From: Alphaproteobacteria bacterium
GTDB taxonomy: Bacteria; Pseudomonadota; Alphaproteobacteria; GCA-2746255
Assembly: GCA_965249135.1 (NCBI GenBank)
Contig: OZ252220.1
Span: forward strand, 1-64,000
Direction: 5' to 3'
DNA length: 64,000 nucleotides
Shown piece by piece: positions 47,509 through 58,103 of this stretch. The notes under the pieces are model-generated. The model was not told the origin of the DNA. It did no database searches and was given only the letters and a program-made list of their open reading frames with translations. The first letter of the stretch is position 1; every line of letters starts with the position of its first letter. A program made the position numbers and the translations under genes.

Positions 47509-48836
47509 GCCGGCCCTCCCATCCTGGACATTCCGGAAAGCCAGCCCGCCATCGAATGGCGCATCGCCTCGCGAACCGGAACAATCTCGATTTCGTCGAT
47601 CATCTCGGCGACGAAGGCCTCCGTCAGTAGACCGCGTGCGGCATCCTCCGCGATCCCCCGCGAGCGAAGGTAGAAAAGTGCCTGTTCGTCAAGCTCGCTT
47701 ACGGTGGCCCCATGGCTGCACTGAACATCGTCCGCGTGGATTCGAAGCTCCGGTTTCGTATTGGCCTGTGCCTCATCCGAAAGCAGGAGATTGCGGTTTA
47801 GCTGATGCGCCGACGTTTTTTGGGAATCCTGGCGGACGATGATCTTTCCCTGGAAAACGGTCTTTGCATGGCCGTCGACGACACCCTTATAGGTTTCGTT
47901 GCAATTGCTTCCGGGCTTTGCGTGATCGATGACGGTCGTCGTATCCAGGTGCTGGCGGTTGCGCGCAAGATTGACCCCGTTCAGCCGACAATCGATCCCG
48001 CTGCCGTCCAGCAGGGCCTGAATCTCGTTTCTGGAAAGGATGCCACCAAGCGACATCGCAAAACTGTCGTAAGTTGCACGATCCCCGATTTTTGCAACGG
48101 TCATGGCGATGTGGTAGGCGGCTTCCCCCTCGTTCTGTAATTTGTAGTGGCGGAGATGAGCGTCTTCATCGACGACGACTTCGGTCACGACGTTCGTCCA
48201 ATATTCGGTTTTTCCCGTTCCGAGGTAGCTTTCAAAGATGGTGGCGGTACTTCCCTTTCCGGCCACGATAAGGTTTCGAAGATGCATGGCCGATTGAGCC
48301 GCCTCGTCTGTCGTCAGAAAAAACAGATGCACCGGTGTTTCCAGCTCAACCCCGGGCTCAAGCATCAAAACGGCACCTTCCGTCATGAGCGCGGTGTTCA
48401 TTTCGAAAAGGGCGCGCTCTTCCGGCTTGCCGCTCGCCGCCAGGTGGGTTGCGATCAGGGCCGGCTCCTTTTCTAACGCCTCGCCGAGGGTTATGAGCCG
48501 AACGCCTTTGGGCAATGCGTTGAGCGCGGAGCCATCGGCTTCCAATCGTCCGTTCACGAAGACGATCCGATGGGCGGTCATCTCGTTCGGGGCGTGGGCA
48601 GGCGCGGCCGCCAGGCCCTTCCCGGCAACGCTCGCTTTCGGTGCGAAGACGCCCCTCGCAAGCGGCGCAAGGTTTGTGTACTTCCAGGCCTCCGTCCTTC
48701 GTGTCGGGAAGCCGCGTTCGGCGAAGTGCTCGAAAGCATCCGCACGCATCTCCGTGAGCCACGCGAGATCCTTTCCCGGAAGGCTCTCCCGCCATTCTGG
48801 ATAGCGTTCGATGTATTCGCTGCCGATCTGCGTCAT
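47505..48836 (-). CDS. sufD: Fe-S assembly protein SufD
   Basis: EAWKYT, KPELRIHADDVQCSHGAT, FYLRSRGI. Confidence 0.93.
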   Translation of the reverse strand: MTQIGSEYIERYPEWRESLPGKDLAWLTEMRADAFEHFAERGFPTRRTEAWKYTNLAPLARGVFAPKASVAGKGLAAAPAHAPNEMTAHRIVFVNGRLEADGSALNALPKGVRLITLGEALEKEPALIATHLAASGKPEERALFEMNTALMTEGAVLMLEPGVELETPVHLFFLTTDEAAQSAMHLRNLIVAGKGSTATIFESYLGTGKTEYWTNVVTEVVVDEDAHLRHYKLQNEGEAAYHIAMTVAKIGDRATYDSFAMSLGGILSRNEIQALLDGSGIDCRLNGVNLARNRQHLDTTTVIDHAKPGSNCNETYKGVVDGHAKTVFQGKIIVRQDSQKTSAHQLNRNLLLSDEAQANTKPELRIHADDVQCSHGATVSELDEQALFYLRSRGIAEDAARGLLTEAFVAEMIDEIEIVPVREAMRHSMAGWLSGMSRMGGPA

Positions 48837-48847
48837 TCGTTACGACC

Positions 48848-49642
48848 TCATGCGCCTTGTGTGGGTGCACTCGCCGTCATCGCCGGCGTCTCCTTCCCCT
48901 CGAAAGTAGCGTAGCCCTTCTTCTCAAGTTCGAACGCCAGCTCCTTCCCGCCGGTCTCGACGATCCGGCCATCCGATAACACGTGGACCTTGTCCGGCAC
49001 GACGTATTCGAGAAGCCGCTGGTAATGGGTGATCAGGAGAACGGCATGTTCCGGCGAGCGAAGCGCATTGATGCCATTCGCAACGATCTTCAACGCGTCG
49101 ATGTCGAGACCGGAATCCGTCTCGTCGAGAACGGCGAGGGCAGGATCCAGCAAAGCCATCTGAAAGATTTCATTGCGCTTCTTCTCACCGCCCGAGAAGC
49201 CAACGTTCACCCCGCGCTGCAGAAGATTCTCGCCGATCTCCAGAAACTCGGCCTTTTCGCGGGCAACTTTCAGGAATTCGACGGCATCGAGTTCCGGCTC
49301 ACCTCGGTGTGCGCGAAGCGCGTTCAGTGCCGCCTTCAGGAAATACATGTTTGAAACCCCCGGAATCTCGACCGGGTACTGCAATCCGAGAAAAACCCCT
49401 TCGTAGGCCCGCGCTTCCGGCGCCATCTCGAGGAGATTCTTGCCCCGAAACCGGACCTTGCCTTTCGTCACCTCATAGCCGGGCCGGCCGGCGAGCACAT
49501 GTGCCAGCGTGCTTTTCCCCGAGCCGTTCGGCCCCATCACGGCATGCACCTCGCCAGCCTCTATGGAAAGCGTAACGCCGCGAAGGATTTCCTGGCCTTC
49601 GACCGTCGCGTGCAGGTCTTTTATTTCCAATAAACTCGGCAT
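48848..49642 (-). CDS. sufC: Fe-S assembly ATPase SufC
   Basis: GPNGSGKST, FSGGEKKRNE, LDETDSGLD, ITHYQR. Confidence 0.95.
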   Translation of the reverse strand: MPSLLEIKDLHATVEGQEILRGVTLSIEAGEVHAVMGPNGSGKSTLAHVLAGRPGYEVTKGKVRFRGKNLLEMAPEARAYEGVFLGLQYPVEIPGVSNMYFLKAALNALRAHRGEPELDAVEFLKVAREKAEFLEIGENLLQRGVNVGFSGGEKKRNEIFQMALLDPALAVLDETDSGLDIDALKIVANGINALRSPEHAVLLITHYQRLLEYVVPDKVHVLSDGRIVETGGKELAFELEKKGYATFEGKETPAMTASAPTQGA

Positions 49643-49661
49643 CTCAAACGTTCCTTATGCC

Positions 49662-51122
49662 TCAGCCAACCGCGCCTTCGAGAGTCACGCCCATCAACTT
49701 CGTGGCCTCGACGGCGAACTCCATCGGCAGTTTCTTGAAGACTTCCTTGCAGAAGCCGTTGACGATCATCGAGACGGCGTCCTCTTGCGAAAGACCGCGC
49801 TGGTTACAGTAGAAAAGCTGATCCTCACTGATCTTCGAGGTCGTGGCCTCATGCTCGACACGGGCCGTGCGATTCCGTGATTCGATATAGGGCACCGTAT
49901 GTGCCCCACACCGATCGCCCAGAAGCAGGGAATCACACTGGGTATAGTTCCGGGCGTTCGCGGCACCGCCGAGTATCTTCACAAGGCCTCGGTAGGTGTT
50001 CTGGCTTCGCCCTGCCGAAATGCCTTTCGAGATGATCGTGCTGCGCGTGTTCTTGCCGATATGAATCATCTTCGTACCGGTATCGGCCTGCTGAAGGTTG
50101 TTCGTCGTGGCAACGGAATAGAATTCACCGACCGAGTTATCGCCTTGAAGGATGCAACTCGGATACTTCCAAGTGATGGCGGAACCGGTCTCGACCTGTG
50201 TCCAGGAAATCTTCGAATTCCGGCCGCGGCAGGCGCCCCGTTTCGTGACAAAATTATAGATGCCGCCTTTTCCTTCCTTGTCGCCCGGGTACCAGTTCTG
50301 AACGGTCGAATACTTGATTTCGGCATCCTCCATCGCGACCAACTCGACGACCGCTGCGTGCAGCTGGTTTTCGTCGCGCATCGGCGCCGTGCAGCCTTCG
50401 AGGTAGCTCACGTAGCTGCCCTTCTCCGCGATGATGAGGGTGCGCTCAAACTGACCCGTTTTTGCAGCATTGATCCGAAAGTAGGTGGAAAGCTCCATCG
50501 GGCAACGAACTCCCTTCGGCACGTAAACGAAGGAGCCGTCGCTAAAAACAGCCGAATTCAGGGTTGCGAAGAAGTTATCGGAGTAGGGAACGACACTCCC
50601 TAAATATTTCCGGACCAATTCCGGATGCTTCTCGACGGCCTCCGACATCGGGCAAAAAATAACGCCAACCTCCGCCAGCTTTTCCTTATAGGTCGTGGCG
50701 ACGGAAATACTGTCGAACACGGCATCGACGGCGACCCCGGCCAGAGCTTCTTGCTCCCTCAGGGGAATGCCCAGTTTTTCATAGGTGGCAAGCAATTCCG
50801 GATCGACTTCATCGAGACTTTTCGGCCCGTCCTTGTCGGATTTTGGCGCCGAATAGTAGTAGGCCCCCTGATAGTCGATCGGCGGGTAATGGATGTTCGC
50901 CCAGCTCGGCTCTTCCTTTTCCATGGCAAGCCAGGTCCGGAAGGCCCTCAACCGCCATTCGAGAAGCCACGCCGGTTCGTTCTTTTTGGCAGAGATAAAG
51001 CGAACAATGTATTCGTTTAGGCCGGGCGGTGACTGCTCGACTTCGATGTCGGTGACGAAGCCGTATTTGTACTCCTCGGTGGCGGAGCGAACCGCCTCAA
51101 CGGTATCGGTGTTTGTTGTCAT
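49662..51122 (-). CDS. sufB: Fe-S assembly protein SufB
   Basis: [31 protein letters not shown]. Confidence 0.95.
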   Translation of the reverse strand: MTTNTDTVEAVRSATEEYKYGFVTDIEVEQSPPGLNEYIVRFISAKKNEPAWLLEWRLRAFRTWLAMEKEEPSWANIHYPPIDYQGAYYYSAPKSDKDGPKSLDEVDPELLATYEKLGIPLREQEALAGVAVDAVFDSISVATTYKEKLAEVGVIFCPMSEAVEKHPELVRKYLGSVVPYSDNFFATLNSAVFSDGSFVYVPKGVRCPMELSTYFRINAAKTGQFERTLIIAEKGSYVSYLEGCTAPMRDENQLHAAVVELVAMEDAEIKYSTVQNWYPGDKEGKGGIYNFVTKRGACRGRNSKISWTQVETGSAITWKYPSCILQGDNSVGEFYSVATTNNLQQADTGTKMIHIGKNTRSTIISKGISAGRSQNTYRGLVKILGGAANARNYTQCDSLLLGDRCGAHTVPYIESRNRTARVEHEATTSKISEDQLFYCNQRGLSQEDAVSMIVNGFCKEVFKKLPMEFAVEATKLMGVTLEGAVG

Positions 51123-51149
51123 TTCTTTTACGCTATTCGTTTCGTGGTT

Positions 51150-51611
51150 CTAAACGGCGCCGATGTCTTTTCCGTCTTTGGGCAAAGGCGGCTCAAAGAA
51201 GGAGGGCAGTGGTGCCGTCAAATCGGAAAGCCGGATATCGGAAAGAGCGCTTCGCACCGTGCGGTTGATGATTTGCCAGTTGCCCCGTTGCGGGCAGAGC
51301 GATTCGATTCCGCAAGTGCCGTCGGAGTCTTCAATGCAATCGGTAAGCGCAATTGGCCCGTCGATGGTCGAGATGATATCCGCAACCGTAATCGCTTCCG
51401 CGTCCCGGGCGAGGCGGTAACCGCCCTTCGCTCCACGGTAGGACGTGAGCAGGCCACGGTGGGCAAGCCCCTTCAGCACCTTGCTAACCACCGGCACCGG
51501 AAGGCCAAGCTCGCTCGCCAGATCCGGGGCGCTGAACCGGCGGTCCGAATGCGCCGCAATGTGGCTCATCAGTACGATGCCGTAATCGACCAGCCTGTTC
51601 AGGCGAAACAT
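51150..51611 (-). CDS. Rrf2-family SUF regulator
   Basis: SYRGAKGGYRL wing; three Cys (DC..TC..LC); first gene of the operon. Confidence 0.9.
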   Translation of the reverse strand: MFRLNRLVDYGIVLMSHIAAHSDRRFSAPDLASELGLPVPVVSKVLKGLAHRGLLTSYRGAKGGYRLARDAEAITVADIISTIDGPIALTDCIEDSDGTCGIESLCPQRGNWQIINRTVRSALSDIRLSDLTAPLPSFFEPPLPKDGKDIGAV

Positions 51612-51631
51612 GACACTCCTCTGCGAAGCCT

Positions 51632-51685
51632 AATCAGTACTAAAACAGTCCACTTTAAAATTGGCAAATTCCGGCCGTCTGTCAA
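51632..51685 (-). promoter_or_regulatory. SUF promoter -35 and IscR-like operator
   Basis: TTGACA at 51685-51680; AAAGTGGACTGTTTTAGTACTGATT (GACT-N5-AGT core) at 51656-51632. Confidence 0.45.
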
Positions 51686-51916
51686 GGCCTGAAGGCCATG
51701 ATTTTCCATAAAAATTATGGGGTTATCGGGCTCGAATGGGCCGTGACGGGTGGCCTGGGGCCTTCGAACGTCTAAATTCGCTCAAATTTCGCTCAAATAT
51801 AGGCATTTTTAACCAGTCTTAACTAAACAGGGCCCCTGAGAGTGTCCGGGCATGTCCGGGAGTTATCCCGGCAGCTTAGGACGATTGGGGGTACTAAGCT
51901 TAAGGACTTTCGAAGG

Positions 51917-52972
51917 ATGGCCTATCACGAAAGCTTGGAGCAGGCGGTAGCATTCGCTAAAGCAGCGTTTGCCAAAATGGCGACGCTCAAAATTGCGGCG
52001 CAGCCGAAGAATTTCGAGCTCTGGTATTGCTACTATTCTGGCACGAACCCAGAACTGAAGCAGACCCTTGAGGTCATCCTTAGGAAAAAAGAAGCATTCA
52101 CGGATGACCTGAACGTCGAACTCCACGACCGTTTCTTCGGCCATTCCCACGAAGTGGCGGAAATTCAAAAGGCAAGCGATCGGATCCAATCGGCCGTGAC
52201 GCGGGTGCTGGAGTATCTCGGGGATACGAATACCGAAGTTGCCGACTATGGCGAGGCATTGGAAACGATGTCTGGGCGAATCGCGAACGAGACGGATATC
52301 GAAGCGATCCGCTCGACGGTGGCCGGCATCCTGTCGGAAACAAAGCGAATGACTAAGAAAAATAACCAGCTCGAAAGCCAGCTAAAAACCGCCAGCGACG
52401 AAATCGTCGAGCTTCATGAACATATCCAATACATCCGTCAGGAAGCGACGACGGACGCACTGACCGGCCTGCCGAATCGCAAGCATTTTGACGAGCAACT
52501 TCGTCTATGCATTCGTCAAAGCGAGGAGGCGAATGAGGCCCTTTGTCTGGTCATGGCGGATATCGATCATTTCAAAAAATTCAATGACAATTACGGCCAT
52601 CTCTTGGGAGACCAGGTATTATGGCTCGTCGCGAACACACTCATCGAATGCGTGAAGGGGCGCGATATACCAACGCGTTTCGGTGGTGAAGAGTTCGCGA
52701 TCATTCTTCCGCGTACGAATATCCATGGGGCGAAGAAGGTCGGACAGGACATTCGTGCGCGTGTTGCTTCGAAGAAAGTTGTCCGAAAAGCAACGGGCGA
52801 AGCTCTGGGCGCCATCACCCTTTCTCTCGGTGTCGCGCAATACCGTCCCGGAGAACCCTCCGAGAGCTTCATTCAGCGGGCGGACAATGCCCTTTACCGT
52901 GCAAAGAATCAGGGGCGAAACCAGGTTGTGACAGAAGCCGCCCCCGATTCAGACGTTACCATGCACGGTTGA
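51917..52972 (+). CDS. Cytoplasmic diguanylate cyclase
   Basis: TDALTGLPNR, DIDHFKKFND.YGH..GD, RFGGEEF. Confidence 0.92.
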   Translation: MAYHESLEQAVAFAKAAFAKMATLKIAAQPKNFELWYCYYSGTNPELKQTLEVILRKKEAFTDDLNVELHDRFFGHSHEVAEIQKASDRIQSAVTRVLEYLGDTNTEVADYGEALETMSGRIANETDIEAIRSTVAGILSETKRMTKKNNQLESQLKTASDEIVELHEHIQYIRQEATTDALTGLPNRKHFDEQLRLCIRQSEEANEALCLVMADIDHFKKFNDNYGHLLGDQVLWLVANTLIECVKGRDIPTRFGGEEFAIILPRTNIHGAKKVGQDIRARVASKKVVRKATGEALGAITLSLGVAQYRPGEPSESFIQRADNALYRAKNQGRNQVVTEAAPDSDVTMHG

Positions 52973-53017
52973 TTGGAACCTTGCCGTCTAGGCAGGCAAT
53001 CTTGAGAAGGCGAGCGC

Positions 53018-54001
53018 TTAATCGGAAGCATGGTCGAGCAGGCTTGCGAGTCCGAGGAAGGCCGGCTCCGGGTGACGAATGACGAAAGTCGGAATTTCCG
53101 CAAGGTAATCGGAGAAACGTCCCCTTTCCCCGAAGCGCTGGCGAAACCCAGAGGCTTCAAAGAAACCCGTAAACTGCGGAATAATGCCGCCGGCCACATA
53201 GACGCCTCCCTGCGCGCCAAGGTTAAGCGCCAGATCTCCGGCAACCGTTCCCAGCATCTCGCAGAACATACGAAGCACGGCAAGACAATCTGGATCGCCT
53301 CCATCGAGGGCGCGGTGCGTAAGCTCGTCCGGTGAAGCAGGCGCGGGGCCTTTTCCGGACGTACCGCCGATCGCCTCGTATAGGTTGAGAAGGCCCGGGC
53401 CCGAAACGACACGCTCGGCGGAGACATGGCCAAAACGCTTGCGCAGGTTTTGCAAGGTGTCCGCCTCTGCGTCTGTAGTCGCTGCCATCGTCACGTGGCC
53501 TCCCTCGGTCGAAAGGGCCATCCATTCGCCATCGGCCATCGGCATAAGGCCGGAAACGCCAAGTCCCGTGCCGGGCCCGATCACCGCAATCGGCGTGTCT
53601 GCCACCGCCTGGCCACCGCCAATTTTGGAAAGATCCCCTGCCTCAAACTCCGGGACGGAAAGCGCGATCGCGGTAAAGTCGTTGATCACATCAAGGCGTT
53701 CGAAGCCAAAACTTTTTCGGGTTTCTTCGATGGAAAAGGTCCAGGGGTGATTCGTAAGTTCAACCTTATCGCCATCGACCGCAGAAGCGACAGCGAAGGC
53801 GGCGTGTTTTGGCGCGGGTTTCATCGGAATGCGATTGAGGTAGTCGGCAATGGCACTTGCCAGATCCGCGTAGTCTGCCGAGCAAAACGATTCGCAATGA
53901 CTCACCGCCCCCCCCTTTTCGTGAAGGGCGAAGCGAACGTTCGTTCCGCCAATATCCGCAAGGAAACGGCCGGTTTGTTCTTCCCGTTGCCCGTCGGTCA
54001 T
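53018..54001 (-). CDS. glk: Glucokinase
   Basis: ADIGGTNVRFA, INDF, GPGTGLG, EGGH, SAERVVSGPGL. Confidence 0.93.
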   Translation of the reverse strand: MTDGQREEQTGRFLADIGGTNVRFALHEKGGAVSHCESFCSADYADLASAIADYLNRIPMKPAPKHAAFAVASAVDGDKVELTNHPWTFSIEETRKSFGFERLDVINDFTAIALSVPEFEAGDLSKIGGGQAVADTPIAVIGPGTGLGVSGLMPMADGEWMALSTEGGHVTMAATTDAEADTLQNLRKRFGHVSAERVVSGPGLLNLYEAIGGTSGKGPAPASPDELTHRALDGGDPDCLAVLRMFCEMLGTVAGDLALNLGAQGGVYVAGGIIPQFTGFFEASGFRQRFGERGRFSDYLAEIPTFVIRHPEPAFLGLASLLDHASD

Positions 54002-54005
54002 GGGA

Positions 54006-55397
54006 TCAATAGACGGAGTACGGTGCTTCCTGAAGCGCCGCTACAAACTTTTCACGCCATATCGTGATGTCGTTTCGACGCAGCGTCTTCATCATCTCTT
54101 TCCAACGCGCCTTGCGCTCGTCGAGTGGCATGACGAGCGCCTGTTTCAGGGCATCCGCCACTTCCTCGGTGTTGTACGGATTGACGACGATCGAGTTGTT
54201 GTCCAGCTCATGTACCGCGCCGGCGAAACGGGAAAGGACCAGAACGCCGGGGTCTTCTGGATCCTGAGCGGCAACGTACTCCTTGGCGACGAGGTTCATG
54301 CCATCCCGCAAAGGCGTCACGAAACCGACATTGCTGGCTCGGAAGAACCCCATCAATGTCCGGCGCTTGAAGCTATGATTGATATAGCGAATCGGCACCC
54401 AGTTGAATTCGGAGAAGCGTCCATTGATCCGGCCGGCGGCGGTGCTGATTTCCTCTCGCATTTCTTTGTATTCCTGCACATGTGACCGGGAAAGCGGGGC
54501 GATCTGAATCAGTGTGACGCATTGCTTCTGGAATTCCGGAGAATCCTTGAGCAGACTTTCGAAGGCAAGGAACCGCTCAATGATCCCCTTGCTGTAATCC
54601 AGTCGATCGACCCCGATGATCATCGGGCGATCGTGAAGGCTCTCCTGCATCTTTATGGCAGAGGTCGAGTTTTTCGAATCCCTGGCAAGTGAAGTGACGT
54701 TTTTCATGTCGATGCCGATCGGAAAAACACCGGCCAGGAAAGTGCGGCCGTTCACCTTCACAATCCCGTTCGACATCACCTGTCCCTGAACTTCACGGTT
54801 GATATAGTTATGAAAGGCGTAAAGGTCCATTTCCGTCTGAAATCCGACGACATCATAAGCGCAAAGGCCTTCCACCAGCTCTTGATGGCCGGGAAGCGAC
54901 GTCAGGACTTCGGGCACCGGGAAGGGGGTATGTAGGAAAAAACCAATTGGATGGTTTATTCCCTTTTGGCGAAGTTCGTGTGCAAGCGGGATTAGGTGAT
55001 AGTCGTGGACCCAGATGAGGTCGCCGCCTTCCAACAACGGAACAAGTTTCTTCGCGAAATTGGCATTGACCCTCTGGTAGCCTTTGTAGTCGTCTCGGTG
55101 GAAGGCCATCAAATCCGGACGGTAGTGAAAAGCTGGCCAGATGGCACGATTCGCATATCCAGAGTAATACTCTTCGTAATCCTTCGTCGAAAGATCGAGC
55201 GTGGCATAGGTCAACCCATTCGTCGAAAAAACTTTCGGCCGAACAGAAACCTTCGCTGCGTACTTACCGCTCCATCCGAACCAAATACCGCCATAGGCCT
55301 CCAGCGCCGTCTGGATGGAGATGGCAAGGCCGCCTACGCTGGTTTGACTCTTTCCAACCACTTCCACGCGATTGGAAACGACGACGAGACGGGTCAA
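54006..55397 (-). CDS. otsA: Trehalose-6-phosphate synthase
   Basis: LVVVSNR, WVHDYHL, GVDRLDYSKG, DGMNLVAKEY; TTG start with GGAGG RBS overlapping upstream stop. Confidence 0.93.
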   Translation of the reverse strand: MTRLVVVSNRVEVVGKSQTSVGGLAISIQTALEAYGGIWFGWSGKYAAKVSVRPKVFSTNGLTYATLDLSTKDYEEYYSGYANRAIWPAFHYRPDLMAFHRDDYKGYQRVNANFAKKLVPLLEGGDLIWVHDYHLIPLAHELRQKGINHPIGFFLHTPFPVPEVLTSLPGHQELVEGLCAYDVVGFQTEMDLYAFHNYINREVQGQVMSNGIVKVNGRTFLAGVFPIGIDMKNVTSLARDSKNSTSAIKMQESLHDRPMIIGVDRLDYSKGIIERFLAFESLLKDSPEFQKQCVTLIQIAPLSRSHVQEYKEMREEISTAAGRINGRFSEFNWVPIRYINHSFKRRTLMGFFRASNVGFVTPLRDGMNLVAKEYVAAQDPEDPGVLVLSRFAGAVHELDNNSIVVNPYNTEEVADALKQALVMPLDERKARWKEMMKTLRRNDITIWREKFVAALQEAPYSVY

Positions 55398-57181
55398 AAC
55401 GCCTCCTCCCAGGACTTGCTTAGTCGCATGGCGGAGTTGATTAGCCCCACCATTGAATAGGTTTGGGGAAAGTTTCCCCAAAGCTCGCCCGTTTTTGGGT
55501 CTATGTCCTCAGAGAGCAATCCTACATGATTTCGGCGGGCAAGCATATTTTCGAAGAGCTCACGCGCCTCCTCCTTGCGGCCAATGGCGCCTAACGCGTT
55601 TATGTACCAGAATGTACAGACGCTGAAGGAGGTCTCCGGTCGGCCAATATCGTCCGGGGCCGCGTAGCGAAACAAGAAATCGCCCTGTCGCAGTTCCTTT
55701 TCGACTGCGTGAACGGTCTGTTCGAAGCGTGGGTCTGTTGGAGGAAGGAAGCCCAGCTCGTGTAAGAGCAGAAGAGAGGCATCCAGATCCGAGCCCCCAA
55801 AACTTTCGACAAAACTTTTTTTCTTCTCGTTCCACGCCTGCTTGCAAATTACGGCATGGATGTCATCTGCCTTTTTTCGCCAGGTCTTTGCCTTCGACGT
55901 CAGGCCAAGCTGCGTCGCAATCTTTGCCAGCCGGTCGCAAGCTGCCCAACACATGACACTGGAATAGGTGTGGACCCGCTCGCGTGTTCTGAATTCCCAC
56001 GGGCCGGCATCGGGTTGATTGTAAAGCTTGGCGGCCAGATGACCGGCGCGCTCCAGTTCCTCAAAAAGGCGAATATCTCCCTGTCGGGAAAGCCGTGTAT
56101 CGAAGAAGGCCTGGGTGGAGGCAAGCACGACGCTTCCGTAAACGTCGTTCTGAGGCTGGCGGAAGGCTGCGTTGCCGGTGCGGACCGGTCCCATCCGGCG
56201 GTAACCGGCAAGGGTCTCGATTTCTTGCTCATGAAGCTGCGATTCAAGCGTAATGCCATAGACCGGCTGCAGTTCGCCATTTTCGGCACCGGCAACGATA
56301 TTGATGATGTAGCGCAGGTAATTCTCCATCGTCAGCGTCGCCCCCAACTGGTTGAGGGCATGCACGACGAAATAGGAGTCCCGCAACCAGCAGTAGCGAT
56401 AATCCCAGTTACGGCGGCTGTTCGCGGCCTCCGGGATCGAGGTCGTCATCGCGGCGATGAGGGCGCCCGTTTCTTCGAAGCTACAGAGCTTGAGCGTAAT
56501 TGCCGCACGGACGACCGCTTCCTGCCATTCAAAGGGCAGGGATAAGTAGCGCACCCAATCATGCCAATATTCGACGGTCTTTTTGTAGAAGTCCTTACTC
56601 GTGTCGTCGATCGGACTGGCCAGGCTTTCGTCCGGGCCCAGCATCATCGTGTGTGGAAGCTCAAGAACGAACGATTTTTCTTCAAGCAAGAACGCAACCG
56701 GTAAATCCGTCGAAACGCGCAGCGTCACCGCAGCCGTAACGTAACGAATATGATTGCTGCCATGGGTGGTCGACGGCTTTTCGGCTCCGTAGTTCGAGTT
56801 GGGGCGTACACGGACCCGAATTCTGGGCGTTCCGTTTACCGGCCGCACGTGCCGGACCATCATAATCGGGCGAAAGATGCGCCCGTACTGTCGGAAACGG
56901 GGCGCAAAATCCGTCAATTCGATGGATGCACCCTTCGTATCATAAAGTTTCGTAATGAGAACGGCCGTGTGCGGAACGTAATACTGTTCGGAGTGGGAGA
57001 AATGCTCGATCTCGATATCGAAGAACCCGGTTTCTTTGTCCTCTCCGTCGCCGTTCAGCAATCTGCAGAAAATCGGATCGCTATCGAACCTTGGAAGGCA
57101 CGCCCAAACGACTCGTCCCCGCTGGTCGATCAGGGCCCCATAGGAACCATTCCCGATAATGCCCAGGTTAAGATCCGTCAT
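55394..57181 (-). CDS. Glycoside hydrolase family 15 (trehalase-like)
   Basis: RNWDYRYCWLRD, WEFR, GLLSED, WGNFPQTYS; between otsB and otsA. Confidence 0.9.
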   Translation of the reverse strand: MTDLNLGIIGNGSYGALIDQRGRVVWACLPRFDSDPIFCRLLNGDGEDKETGFFDIEIEHFSHSEQYYVPHTAVLITKLYDTKGASIELTDFAPRFRQYGRIFRPIMMVRHVRPVNGTPRIRVRVRPNSNYGAEKPSTTHGSNHIRYVTAAVTLRVSTDLPVAFLLEEKSFVLELPHTMMLGPDESLASPIDDTSKDFYKKTVEYWHDWVRYLSLPFEWQEAVVRAAITLKLCSFEETGALIAAMTTSIPEAANSRRNWDYRYCWLRDSYFVVHALNQLGATLTMENYLRYIINIVAGAENGELQPVYGITLESQLHEQEIETLAGYRRMGPVRTGNAAFRQPQNDVYGSVVLASTQAFFDTRLSRQGDIRLFEELERAGHLAAKLYNQPDAGPWEFRTRERVHTYSSVMCWAACDRLAKIATQLGLTSKAKTWRKKADDIHAVICKQAWNEKKKSFVESFGGSDLDASLLLLHELGFLPPTDPRFEQTVHAVEKELRQGDFLFRYAAPDDIGRPETSFSVCTFWYINALGAIGRKEEARELFENMLARRNHVGLLSEDIDPKTGELWGNFPQTYSMVGLINSAMRLSKSWEEAF

Positions 57182-57183
57182 GC

Positions 57184-57969
57184 CTATCCACTCTCCTGCA
57201 GTTTGGCCGTGGTTAGAATGGCATCGGGCAGGGAGGCAAGCCAACCAAGAAGCGCAGACACGGATTCGATTCGCCTAGTGGCGGCAGTCGCACCTTCCAT
57301 GCCGACCCGGATGGAATGCCCGCCAAGCCGATTGACCGTGGCAAACCCGTCTTCGTCCGTGATGTCGTCCCCGATATAGACGGGAAGACGCCCGGCAAAG
57401 GGCGGCGCGCTTAGCAAATGTTCGACTGCCTGGCCCTTGTGTACGTTGGCCGGCTTTACCTCCAGCACCATTTTTCCCTTGAGAAAGTGGTAGTTGCCGT
57501 CTTGTTTGCCAAGAAGGTCCGATACGAGCGTCTTTGCGGCCTCTGCCTGCTCAGGCGCCTGCCGGTAGTGAAGCGCCAGCGTTGCGCCTTTATTCTCAAG
57601 AAGGATACCAGGGGACTCATCGGCGTACCGCTTCAGCGTCTCCCGGATTTCTTCCAACCGATTGCTCTCGCTCGCCACCCGGTGGATGTCCCCCTTCGCG
57701 TTACGTACCTCCAACCCGTGAAGGCCGGCAACGGGAAGGCAAAGGGGTTCGAACAGCCGATCGATGGTTTCGATCGAGCGCCCGCTTACAAGGGCTACGG
57801 CATTCTCGAAAGTGCCCGTAAGGCGGCGAAGAATCGTCAGCACGTCCGGCTCGATATGAACCGCAGCCGGCGTCTCCGCAATCTCGACCAGCGTTCCGTC
57901 CACATCTAGGAAAAGAGCCCAGTTTCGGTTGGGCATGGGAAGATCTGGAAGCGGCATTCCGTCGTCCAT
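57184..57969 (-). CDS. otsB: Trehalose-6-phosphate phosphatase
   Basis: FLDVDGTL, VSGR, HGLE, GDDITDEDGF. Confidence 0.92.
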   Translation of the reverse strand: MDDGMPLPDLPMPNRNWALFLDVDGTLVEIAETPAAVHIEPDVLTILRRLTGTFENAVALVSGRSIETIDRLFEPLCLPVAGLHGLEVRNAKGDIHRVASESNRLEEIRETLKRYADESPGILLENKGATLALHYRQAPEQAEAAKTLVSDLLGKQDGNYHFLKGKMVLEVKPANVHKGQAVEHLLSAPPFAGRLPVYIGDDITDEDGFATVNRLGGHSIRVGMEGATAATRRIESVSALLGWLASLPDAILTTAKLQESG

Positions 57970-58103
57970 GTCGATGAAGGCAATGGGCGCATGCCAAGGA
58001 TGCTACGGACATCTGTCCGTAAGGTTAATAAAGGCTCCCCCTTGCATGGGCAAGGGCCGGTGGTGCTGACTTGGAACGCGTATGGATTTCAGGGATTAGA
58101 GGA

